Shown here in pieces: positions 56,223 through 64,000 of a stretch of DNA of 64,000 nt. The notes beneath the pieces are model-generated. The model was not told where the DNA came from. It was given only the letters and a program-made list of their open reading frames with translations, and searched no databases. The position numbers were made by a program, and so were the translations under genes. The DNA is taken from IMG/VR virus record IMGVR_UViG_3300025139_000012, positions 7,591 through 71,590 of that record; one strand, 5' to 3'. Numbering within the stretch: position 1 is the first letter of the stretch; every line of letters begins with the position of its first letter. The stretch is from a virus. Its lineage: Duplodnaviria > Caudoviricetes.

Positions 56223-58022
56223 TTGTTTACGATAAAAAATCTCACTACAAAAAATTTCATGTCAGTTGGGAATAATACCCAGGCTATAAACTTTGATAGA
56301 AAAGATTTAACTTTGGTGTTGGGTGAAAACTTAGACTTAGGCGGTGATGATGCTGGGTCACGTAATGGGGCTGGTAAGTCTGTTATCGTTAACGCTTTGA
56401 GTTATGCCTTGTTTGGGCAGGCAATAAACGACATTCGTCGTGACAACTTGATCAACCGGACTAATGCTAAGGGCATGCTTGCTACGATTGACTTTGTTAA
56501 GGATGGGGTCACTTACAGGATTGAACGCGGGCGTAAACCCAATGTCTTGAAGTTTTACAAGGGAGATGTCGCGTTTGCAGCGCAGGATGATGATGCTCAA
56601 GGTGATTCTCGTGAGACCCAGGCTGAGATTGATCGTATCTTAGGTATGTCGCATGATATGTTCAAGAATGTGGTCGCGTTGAACACTTACACTGAACCGT
56701 TCTTGAGCCTCAGAGCTAACGATCAACGCACAATCATTGAGCAGTTGCTTGGCATAACAGTGCTGAGTGAGAAGTCGGATGCTCTTAAAGAGCAGATTCG
56801 CGCTACCAAGGACACGATTTCAGCAGAAGAACAGCGTATCAAAGCGTGTGTTGAGGCAAACAAGAAAATAGAAGAGCAGGTCGCCGCTCTCAAGAAGCGT
56901 AGCGCACAGTGGGAAGCGAAACATGAGGTCGATATCGCTGATTTGTCAAGTTCTTTGGAAGAATTGCTCAAGGTAGACATTGATGCTGAGATTGATACAC
57001 ACGCTGCTAACGATGAGATAGCGTTGGCAGTGAAAAAACTTGACGATCATAAGAAAGCGTTGACTCGCACTGCCACAGAGCTTACCCGCGAAGAGCGAAC
57101 ACGAGACACTACTACAGCAGAAATCACAGCACTCAAGGATCACAAGTGCCACGCTTGCGGGCAGGATTTGCACGATGGCAAGCAAGAGGAGATCTTGAAG
57201 CGTAAGATCGCGGTGTTGGAAGAGGCTGAGGCTCAGATCGTGGAACTTTTGGAAGCAAAAGTCAAGATAAACGAGCAGATTGCGGCAATTGGGAGCGTTG
57301 GGACTGCAAAGAGCACGTTTTACAAAAAAATCGTTGACGCTCATAATCATAAGAGCTCAGTTCAGCACCTCACACAGCAGCTCGAGGGCAAACTTGGTGA
57401 GGTCAATCCATACAGTGAGCAGATCCAGGAGATGGAGGAGGCCGCACTCATCGTCGTGGACTATACGACCATTGACGCTGCTTCAAAGCTCAAGGATCAT
57501 CAAGAGTTCCTGCTCAAGCTCCTCACTAACAAGGACAGTTTCATCCGCAAACGGATTATCGATCAGAATCTTACCTACCTCAACGCACGGCTCTCTTACT
57601 ACCTTGAAAAAATAGGGCTACCACACACGGTAGTGTTCCAGAGTGATCTTACAGTCAGCATTGAAGAGTTTGGCCGTGAGCTTGATTTTTACAACCTTAG
57701 CCGCGGTGAGATGACACGGGTCATCTTATCGTTGAGCCTGTCGTTCCGCGACGTATGGGAATCAGCACACGAGGCAGTCAACCTTCTGTTCATTGATGAG
57801 ATGATTGACAACGGGCTGGACTCAAGTGGCGTTGAAAGCGTAATGGGCGTTCTCAAGCGGATGGCCCGAGATTCACAGAAGAGTATTTGGCTGATCTCAC
57901 ACAAGGATGAGCTTATCAGTCGTGTCGGGAACATTTTGAAGGTCCAGAAAGAGGGTGGGTTTACACAGTATATTACTGACGACACAGAAGATGCTAATGA
58001 AGAAGCAGTAGTAGTTGAGTGA
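56223..58022 (+). CDS. Recombination ATPase (gp46/Rad50/SbcC-like)
   Basis: NGAGKS Walker A, CHAC zinc hook, LSRGE signature, LFIDE Walker B, ISH. Confidence 0.92.
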   Translation: MFTIKNLTTKNFMSVGNNTQAINFDRKDLTLVLGENLDLGGDDAGSRNGAGKSVIVNALSYALFGQAINDIRRDNLINRTNAKGMLATIDFVKDGVTYRIERGRKPNVLKFYKGDVAFAAQDDDAQGDSRETQAEIDRILGMSHDMFKNVVALNTYTEPFLSLRANDQRTIIEQLLGITVLSEKSDALKEQIRATKDTISAEEQRIKACVEANKKIEEQVAALKKRSAQWEAKHEVDIADLSSSLEELLKVDIDAEIDTHAANDEIALAVKKLDDHKKALTRTATELTREERTRDTTTAEITALKDHKCHACGQDLHDGKQEEILKRKIAVLEEAEAQIVELLEAKVKINEQIAAIGSVGTAKSTFYKKIVDAHNHKSSVQHLTQQLEGKLGEVNPYSEQIQEMEEAALIVVDYTTIDAASKLKDHQEFLLKLLTNKDSFIRKRIIDQNLTYLNARLSYYLEKIGLPHTVVFQSDLTVSIEEFGRELDFYNLSRGEMTRVILSLSLSFRDVWESAHEAVNLLFIDEMIDNGLDSSGVESVMGVLKRMARDSQKSIWLISHKDELISRVGNILKVQKEGGFTQYITDDTEDANEEAVVVE

Positions 58023-58079
58023 AAAAATATTTCACTCGATTAAATCGAGGATAAATCAGTTTAACAAAGGGTATTTATT

Positions 58080-58265
58080 ATGACAACACACGAACAAATC
58101 GCAACTGCTTACGCAGCGTATCTTGAAGAATCAGCTAAGTTTGAAGAAAAGGGCGTGAAAGCGGCTGCCGCCAGAGCTAGGGCTGCTCTTGGTGACTTGG
58201 GCAAGCTCACAAAAGTGCGACGCGGTGAGATTCAGGACAAGAAAAATCTGATGTCTGCAAAGTAA
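58080..58265 (+). CDS. Small basic Hc1/histone-like protein
   Basis: KFEEKGVKAAAARAR.AL..L.KL.K.RR.EIQ pattern. Confidence 0.65.
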   Translation: MTTHEQIATAYAAYLEESAKFEEKGVKAAAARARAALGDLGKLTKVRRGEIQDKKNLMSAK

Positions 58266-58283
58266 AAGACTAAATAGATACTG

Positions 58284-58817
58284 ATGAGCACAGTAACTCC
58301 TAAAGTCAACGGCAAAAGTAAAGGTTCCTCGTATGAGCGCAAGATATCTAACTTGCTATCATCTCGCTTCGAAAAGGTAACTGGAATTTCATCCGCTTTC
58401 CGTAGGAATACAGATTCTGGCTCATTTTTTGGTGGTTCAAATCAACGCCGAGTCGTGACACATGATTTAAACCACGCTAACTTTGGAGATTTGATTTGCC
58501 CAGATGGATTCAAATACTCCGTTGAGTGTAAAAACTATAAAGCAGGCCCCACGTTCGCTGCCATTGTGAAGGGTAAAGTCGCACAATGGGACACGTGGAT
58601 TAAGCAAGCAACTCAGGACGCTAGAAATAGCAAAAAAGAAATGCTTCTTATAATCAAATACAACGGGACTGACGATCTTGTATTTGTTGAAAAACGTCAA
58701 CCAACTTTAAACCCACTATTTTATTACAACCAAGTTTTCGGCTACAGGTTAAAAGATTTTTTAGCCCAATCTGATGACAAATTTTTTCCTTATGGATTAG
58801 AAAAATATTACTACTAA
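58284..58817 (+). CDS. Holliday junction resolvase-like PD-(D/E)XK nuclease
   Basis: SKGSSYER, SG, GDL, VECKNY. Confidence 0.75.
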   Translation: MSTVTPKVNGKSKGSSYERKISNLLSSRFEKVTGISSAFRRNTDSGSFFGGSNQRRVVTHDLNHANFGDLICPDGFKYSVECKNYKAGPTFAAIVKGKVAQWDTWIKQATQDARNSKKEMLLIIKYNGTDDLVFVEKRQPTLNPLFYYNQVFGYRLKDFLAQSDDKFFPYGLEKYYY

Positions 58818-59088
58818 ATTTAAATTACCATAAATAGTCATATAACTTTAATATAATTTATATGGTGATCTTAAAATAACTAGAATGACTTTGTGGAACT
58901 GGAGGTAAAATTAAATTTCACAAAATGAGTTTTGAGTAAAGGTCTAAATGATCTTTACTCACTTACATCGGAAGAATTATCCGATTACAGACGTAGAGAG
59001 TCAGTAAATCCTAAGGTAGAAATACCAAAGGTAGATTCGTTGAAACGTCTAGTCAGTTTTATAGATTTTTATAAAACGACATAATTAT
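58813..59088 (+). mobile_element. Non-coding TnpB family B remnant (leader plus omegaRNA end)
   Basis: 58813-58880 matches the family B leader; 58938-59088 matches its 3' end, finishing ACATAATTAT. Confidence 0.85.
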
Positions 59089-59098
59089 TGTATATATT

Positions 59099-59834
59099 TC
59101 GCTATCAGAGACCATCTCTTATTATTTTTGAAAAAAGCCCAGCCACAAAGGCACATGCACACAGCGGGCTAGTACACCTGTTTAAGTATTAGTAGAGAAA
59201 TGGATTTGCACAGAGTCTGACCTGTATCTGTGTGGCAAGGCCCTCATTGGTGGTGTGGCCCACTGCTGTAAGCGAACTCTACGCGAGCTATTACACTGCG
59301 ATGAGCAGTCCTACCTTTGTGTAAGAAGCAAAGGAACCATAAAAAATATCATCCCCAAGGTGGCGTTGAGTGCCTGAAAAACTGGTCACACGTTGGAGCG
59401 ATGTTTTAGTAATAGTTTAACAGGTTTTACCAAAGCGGCCGGTGGTTCATAATAGACGGTATATCCCACTGGGTTAGCGGCAGATCATTTTCCTAATATA
59501 TTTGATCATGCTTGGTGCGTAAAGTAACGGTTTACTCCTTTACTCGTACCACTAACGAACGCGCTTCGTGCCAGGAAAAATAATATTTCGGGTGAGTAAT
59601 ATATTTTTCTGGTTGAGAGTGACATAGTCAATCCCCTCCATTAAAACGAAGATATAGGTGCAAGGGCGACAGGTAAATTGCAAAGCGTAGAGTCAAGAAG
59701 GCTCAAATCATGATTTGATTTGATTTTCTTTGACTCACATTTGCCGTGCTGGCTCTTGGTAATTGGCAATACTGGTCGCTACTTTCAGTAGCTCGCAAAA
59801 ACCGCTCAGGTGTCGGTTATGTAAATGATAGCGA
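59099..59834 (+). ncRNA. Putative large structured non-coding RNA of unknown class
   Basis: No ORF >=60 aa; closing helix 59099-59107/59826-59834; many internal helices with G.U pairs that favour the + strand. Confidence 0.6.
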
Positions 59835-59892
59835 TAACGTGTTTATATAACATTATTCAATTTAAATCATCCTAAATCCAAAAACTAAAAAG

Positions 59893-59946
59893 GACTGAGC
59901 TATCGCGACGCGATAGCGAAAGTCAGGTGATGCGTTAAGCATCACC
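59893..59946 (+). other. Two adjacent strong hairpins
   Basis: GACT-GA-GCTATCGC[GAC]GCGATAGC-GAA-AGTC, then GGTGATGC[GTTAA]GCATCACC. Confidence 0.7.
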
Positions 59947-59972
59947 ATTAAAAATATCCCACCGTTAGACAA

Positions 59973-60212
59973 ATGGCTAAATACGAGATGAGTAATAACC
60001 TATTTTCTTTCGAAGATGATGTAAAAGAAATCAACCGCAAAGCCTACCGAGTAAATCTCAATGTCCCCGGAAGGGATATAAAAAAGGTCAAAGCGTTGGG
60101 TGCTAGGTGGGATAGCGAGAATCGTATCTGGTACGTATTAAAAAAATTCAACGATAACATGTTTCCATTTTCAGCATGGATAACAACTGTTGGAAACCCC
60201 CACAGTAAATAA
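59973..60212 (+). CDS. DUF5710-like small protein
   Basis: LNVP..D...VKALGARWD...WYV. Confidence 0.7.
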   Translation: MAKYEMSNNLFSFEDDVKEINRKAYRVNLNVPGRDIKKVKALGARWDSENRIWYVLKKFNDNMFPFSAWITTVGNPHSK

Positions 60213-60224
60213 TACTGCAGGATT

Positions 60225-60443
60225 TTAGAAAAACGGAAGACCTGACCGTTTTGTAGTTTCTAAATTTTCGTTGATGAGTTTATTGAGATTTTCTCTCTCA
60301 GAGACTGAGAGAAGCATTGCATCATCGTAGCTAAGGCCCCCGCGCATAAACCAGCTTAACTTCATTGCCTCGCTCTTTAAGGCTTTTGCCTCTTTCTCCA
60401 TTTTGCTGATATAACTGGCAATTCTATCAGCAGGCATGGACAA
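60225..60443 (-). CDS. Baseplate hub assembly protein (gp51-like)
   Basis: LSWFMRGGLSY..A..LS..ERE; follows the gp26-like gene. Confidence 0.6.
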   Translation of the reverse strand: MSMPADRIASYISKMEKEAKALKSEAMKLSWFMRGGLSYDDAMLLSVSERENLNKLINENLETTKRSGLPFF

Positions 60444-60448
60444 AAGCC

Positions 60449-61285
60449 TTAGGCGAAAAAATGGGAATGATCGAAGGTAAGATTAACTGAAAAATCTTTC
60501 TCACACTCACTGCATACAACCTTCACAGGTTTAATCTTCGCAGTTTCAGCAAAATCTTCAAGTATTTTTTTCACTTGGTTAGTAACATTCTTGCCACTGT
60601 TCTTGTAAAACTCGTTAATAAACACTGGGTTATCTACTTTAACATTGTCTTGGGTTAAGATATATTCTGTAGAGTCAACATACATTTGGTTCGAAAGATC
60701 AACAATCGTGTTCAAATGTTGCGAAAACAATGAAGTTCGCTCAGAATCTGCCAACTCTGTATTTTGAATAGTGTTAATTAACTTTTGCTCTTCAAAAGCA
60801 ACTAAATTTGCTTTATTCATTTGAAAATATTGACGCGGCTTAAACTTGAAAGTTAACCCGTCAATAGTAAAGGATTTATTGAAATCAGGAACAGTAATAT
60901 TTGCCAACACATTATGCAAGTCAATTCCGTAAGTATTTTCACCTTTACAATGTGGGCATGTAGTTTCAATATCCATGGTATTGGAGTAACTTGCGATTCT
61001 GATAGCAATAAGCACAGAATCAACGTCAACACTGGGCATTTTCCATGCATCTTTGATTTCTGGGATGCAAGATTGAATAACTGAAGTTACTCCACTACCA
61101 TTTAACAGCGCATCGGGGGTGCGTATAATAACTTCATCTCTAGTTGTCATTGAATACACGGGCAACTCTCCAGTTACTGGTAAGTCTAACGCACCTTCTG
61201 GCCAAAAAGCACCGTTGCTTGGCAACTTAAAGTGAATAACGGGTTGTCTAAAGTGTTTCGCAAGAGGATTTTGATTTTCAGTCAT
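60449..61285 (-). CDS. Baseplate hub subunit (T4 gp26-like)
   Basis: LPSNG.FW, MTTRDE, IAIRIASY, two CxxC. Confidence 0.75.
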   Translation of the reverse strand: MTENQNPLAKHFRQPVIHFKLPSNGAFWPEGALDLPVTGELPVYSMTTRDEVIIRTPDALLNGSGVTSVIQSCIPEIKDAWKMPSVDVDSVLIAIRIASYSNTMDIETTCPHCKGENTYGIDLHNVLANITVPDFNKSFTIDGLTFKFKPRQYFQMNKANLVAFEEQKLINTIQNTELADSERTSLFSQHLNTIVDLSNQMYVDSTEYILTQDNVKVDNPVFINEFYKNSGKNVTNQVKKILEDFAETAKIKPVKVVCSECEKDFSVNLTFDHSHFFA

Positions 61286-61294
61286 TTTTTCGCC

Positions 61295-61321
61295 TATAAA
61301 TATATGGTATAGTCATATTTA
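61295..61321. promoter_or_regulatory. Crossed divergent late promoters
   Basis: TATAAATA (+, 61295-61302) and TAAATA (-, 61316-61321) in a 50-bp gap. Confidence 0.6.
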
Positions 61322-61335
61322 GTGAGTAAAAATAT

Positions 61336-64000
61336 ATGGATGAAGAAAAAATTGCAGCGTTAACCGCAGCCATCGAAGCACTGACACTTAAAATGGAAGC
61401 TATGGGTGTTGCTAGTGATACGGCGAAAAATATCACTAGTGCTGGCACCAGTTTTGTTAATGCCACACGCAAAGCAGCTAAGGATATTGATAACCTGCGA
61501 AAAGCAGGGAAATCTGAAGCCGAGATAGCGAAAAAGTTATCTGAAGAGCTAGCTGCACTTACTGCTGATTATAAAGCCGGCGCAATCACCTTAGAGGAAT
61601 TTAACAAAAAGGCTGCTGTATTTAAGACAAGTTTGGGCAATCTTTCCGAAGCTCTTGACGAAACAACAAAAAAAGAAATTCAGCGTGACCTAGACGAAGC
61701 TGAAGCCGTTAATACTAGACTTGCTGCAAATAAAGTAATGGTGTCGTCTATTAATCAGACGATGAAATCACTAGTTGTAGCAACGTTTACAGCGTCAACA
61801 TCAATTTTAAAAGCTGTTCAATCTGGCGGCGACGGTATTGCCGTAGCTAACTCAATTTTAAACGCAGAGATAACTGCTGGTCAACAGTCATTTAACGCAT
61901 TATCGAGTGGAGTTAAAACAACTGCAGACGCATTTTCTAAAATGCCTGGTAAAGTTGGATTACTTGCGACCGGTATTTCGGCTCTTACCTCAGTATTCCA
62001 AAATGTAGCTGATGCTACTGTAGCATATGAAAAAGCAAGATTGGACATAATGAATGTTCAAGCCACTAAGGTAATGTCTAGCTTTATGGCTATTTCATCA
62101 ACTGGTGCAAACTTTGCCGCCGGCATGGATGAACTAAAAGGAATTGTTGCTGAGACTGGGGTGTCAATGGACACTCTATCCAAAATACAAAAAACTAACG
62201 CTGAAACTATATCTGGTGCTGGTATAGGGATGCAAGCCGGGTTTAGAAAACTTGCTAAAACTTTTGCTGGTGCTGAGGGAAATCAGCTAAAATCAAGTTT
62301 GCTAAATTTAGGATTTAGTATTGAAGAGCAAGGGGAAGTAGTAGCTAAGACAATGGAACAAATGCGTCGCTCTGGTCGCGATATGTCCACTGTATCTCAA
62401 TCTGACATAGCTAGTAGTACTCGTGACTATGCGGAAAATTTAAGGACAATATCGGCTATTACTGGGCAGGATGCTAAAGCAAAAATGCAGCAAGCAAGGG
62501 ATGCTGCCACTAATGCTGCGGTTGAAAATAAAATACGCAAGATGACCCGTGACGGCGATGTAAAAGCTCGCGAAAAATTTCAGCGAGATTATGCTATTGC
62601 TGCGTCAAAGGGATTAGAAAAAGCGTTTCTTCAACAGTTTGCAACTAGCGATATGAATGGGCGCGGCGGCATTGTAACAGATATAAGCTCTGCCATTGTA
62701 ATGAATCAAACTGGATCTGAGCAGTCAGTTAAAGATCTAGTTGCAAATACACATAACAAAGATTACGCAGGGTCAAACACTGAAGCAGCTAGATTAAGTG
62801 GTAAACTTGGGGGAGAACTTAACAGTGATACTGCGGTGACAAATATGTCCAGTCTAGGCCTTGCTCAAATGCTGGGAACAAATACTGGGGCTGCTGGGGC
62901 TGCAAGTGAGTTGTATAGCAATGTGCAAAAAGAATCTCTTAAAGGAGCAACATCTTCTGAGGCGGCAGTTGCAGCGCAGCAAGAAGTAGTTAAGTCGATG
63001 CAGACTCTTTCTAAGACTACTCAAGATTTAAATGATATACAGATTAAAGGTGAGCAAGCTAGAGCAAAACTAGAGGGCGATTTATTTGCCAATCTTGAAG
63101 AGTACACTGCTAAAATGAAATCGGCGCTAGAAAATGCAGGAATGCTAGCAGATTTAAAACCAGTAGATAAAACATCTATGGTACTGTCTAGTGTAGCAAC
63201 GGGTATAGGTAGCCTAGTTACTGGGCTATTAGAGTTCAAAGCTGCATCACTTTTACTCGGAACAAGAACCGCATCAGTGACCGGAGTGTTTGGCACCTTA
63301 GGCGGAACGCTAACTTCAGCTTCCGTGACAATAGCAGGAGCAGCTAGCTCAGCTGGAGCAGCACTAACAGCAGCAGGTTCCACAATAGTTGGTGCTGCAT
63401 CAAGTGCTGCTACTACCCTTAGCGGCGCAATGTCTACTGCAGGAACTGCAATCGCCGGAGCGTCAGCAGGAACAGTAGCACTAGCAGCAGTATCAGCCAC
63501 CGCAGCCGCCGCTGGTTTGCAAGCTGCAAATAGCGTATGGGACGGCGGAGACGGGGCAAACTTTTTAAATGACGCTCTTAATTCAGCGTTACAAAAAGCA
63601 TTTGATGTAGATAGCCTTGGCATATTCGCATACAATTTGTCTCACACAGACCCACTAAGTAACGCCGAGCAAAAACAAGATACCAAAACACCAACAAATA
63701 AAGAATCTGATAAATCAACAGCTAATATCGTCGCTGCAATAGACAAAAATAAACCTATTGACCCAGCCCAATCGACAGCTAATATTGTTGCTGCAATAGA
63801 CAAAAATAAACCTATTGACCCAGCCCAATCGACAGCTAATATCGTCGCTGCAATAGACAAAAATAAACCTATTGATCCAGCTCAATCGACAGCCAATATT
63901 GTTGCTGCGATAGACAAAAATAAACCTATTGACCCAGCTCAATCGACAGCCAATATTGTTGCTGCGATAGACAAAAATAAACCTATTGATCCAGCTCAAT
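61336..64000 (+). CDS. Tape-measure-like protein (runs off the window; absent from the ORF track, presumably because it has no stop)
   Basis: MDEEKIAALTAAIEALTLKM...; spot-checked open frame, Ala/Gly/Ser-rich helical sequence, divergent from the gp26-like gene. Confidence 0.75.
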   Translation, partial: MDEEKIAALTAAIEALTLKMEAMGVASDTAKNITSAGTSFVNATRKAAKDIDNLRKAGKSEAEIAKKLSEELAALTADYKAGAITLEEFNKKAAVFKTSLGNLSEALDETTKKEIQRDLDEAEAVNTRLAANKVMVSSINQTMKSLVVATFTASTSILKAVQSGGDGIAVANSILNAEITAGQQSFNALSSGVKTTADAFSKMPGKVGLLATGISALTSVFQNVADATVAYEKARLDIMNVQATKVMSSFMAISSTGANFAAGMDELKGIVAETGVSMDTLSKIQKTNAETISGAGIGMQAGFRKLAKTFAGAEGNQLKSSLLNLGFSIEEQGEVVAKTMEQMRRSGRDMSTVSQSDIASSTRDYAENLRTISAITGQDAKAKMQQARDAATNAAVENKIRKMTRDGDVKAREKFQRDYAIAASKGLEKAFLQQFATSDMNGRGGIVTDISSAIVMNQTGSEQSVKDLVANTHNKDYAGSNTEAARLSGKLGGELNSDTAVTNMSSLGLAQMLGTNTGAAGAASELYSNVQKESLKGATSSEAAVAAQQEVVKSMQTLSKTTQDLNDIQIKGEQARAKLEGDLFANLEEYTAKMKSALENAGMLADLKPVDKTSMVLSSVATGIGSLVTGLLEFKAASLLLGTRTASVTGVFGTLGGTLTSASVTIAGAASSAGAALTAAGSTIVGAASSAATTLSGAMSTAGTAIAGASAGTVALAAVSATAAAAGLQAANSVWDGGDGANFLNDALNSALQKAFDVDSLGIFAYNLSHTDPLSNAEQKQDTKTPTNKESDKSTANIVAAIDKNKPIDPAQSTANIVAAIDKNKPIDPAQSTANIVAAIDKNKPIDPAQSTANIVAAIDKNKPIDPAQSTANIVAAIDKNKPIDPAQ
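63715..63999 (+). repeat. 57-bp in-frame tandem repeat (STANIVAAIDKNKPIDPAQ, at least 5 copies)
   Basis: Five consecutive units differing only at synonymous positions. Confidence 0.93.

Noticed and set aside
56600-58022. Foreign origin of gp46, suggested by higher GC
   Set aside because: The ATPase, VWA and denV genes look similarly GC-richer; this is more simply codon bias of expressed genes, and it was not quantified.
59099-59834. Group I intron
   Set aside because: CAGAGACCA and GAAGATATAG loosely recall the R and S elements, but I could not build P3/P7 in the right order and no interrupted gene flanks the region; needs a covariance-model test.
59893-59925. Hammerhead ribozyme (CUGA...GAAA)
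   Set aside because: The core CUGANGA is incomplete, stems I and III are not evident, and the segment folds as a simple hairpin.
63021-63999. Minus-strand ORFs (204, 72 and 94 aa) and other short antisense ORFs in the track
   Set aside because: They are shadows of long sense-strand genes and have no motifs or RBS.
63715-64000. CRISPR array
   Set aside because: Units are contiguous with no unique spacers, are a multiple of 3 and vary only synonymously; no cas genes are present.

Overview
This 64-kb window is part of a large T4-like (jumbo) myophage genome. The left arm (1-14.8 kb, mostly + strand, consensus sigma70 promoters) carries tandem adenine methyltransferases, a MutH/Sau3AI-like nuclease, a MoxR-type AAA+ ATPase and its metallopeptidase-VWA partner, denV and thyA. 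It is interrupted by three Hef/Vsr-like nucleases with GNAT-like tails; a fourth lies at 53.4 kb. The centre (16.6-52.4 kb, - strand, GATAAATA late promoters) is a tail-fibre/baseplate module with gp10-like, split gp7-like, gp6, gp25, gp5, gp27, gp53 and gp48-like genes. The right arm holds a gp55-like late sigma, gp47/gp46, an Hc1-like protein, a resolvase-like nuclease, gp26/gp51-like genes and an open-ended tape-measure-like ORF. Four observations stand out. (1) A ~735-nt ORF-free, extensively base-paired region (59099-59834) looks like an unclassified large ncRNA. (2) There are two TnpB families: family B has one intact nuclease plus three dispersed remnants that keep the omegaRNA end, each with a different guide, and the predicted guide of family A matches the intact family B gene. 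(3) The methyltransferases form a duplicated cassette with conserved flanks around a divergent specificity region. (4) A 121-bp inverted repeat brackets the AAA+ ATPase transcription unit. All calls come from motif recognition and manual alignment; no searches or folding programs were run.
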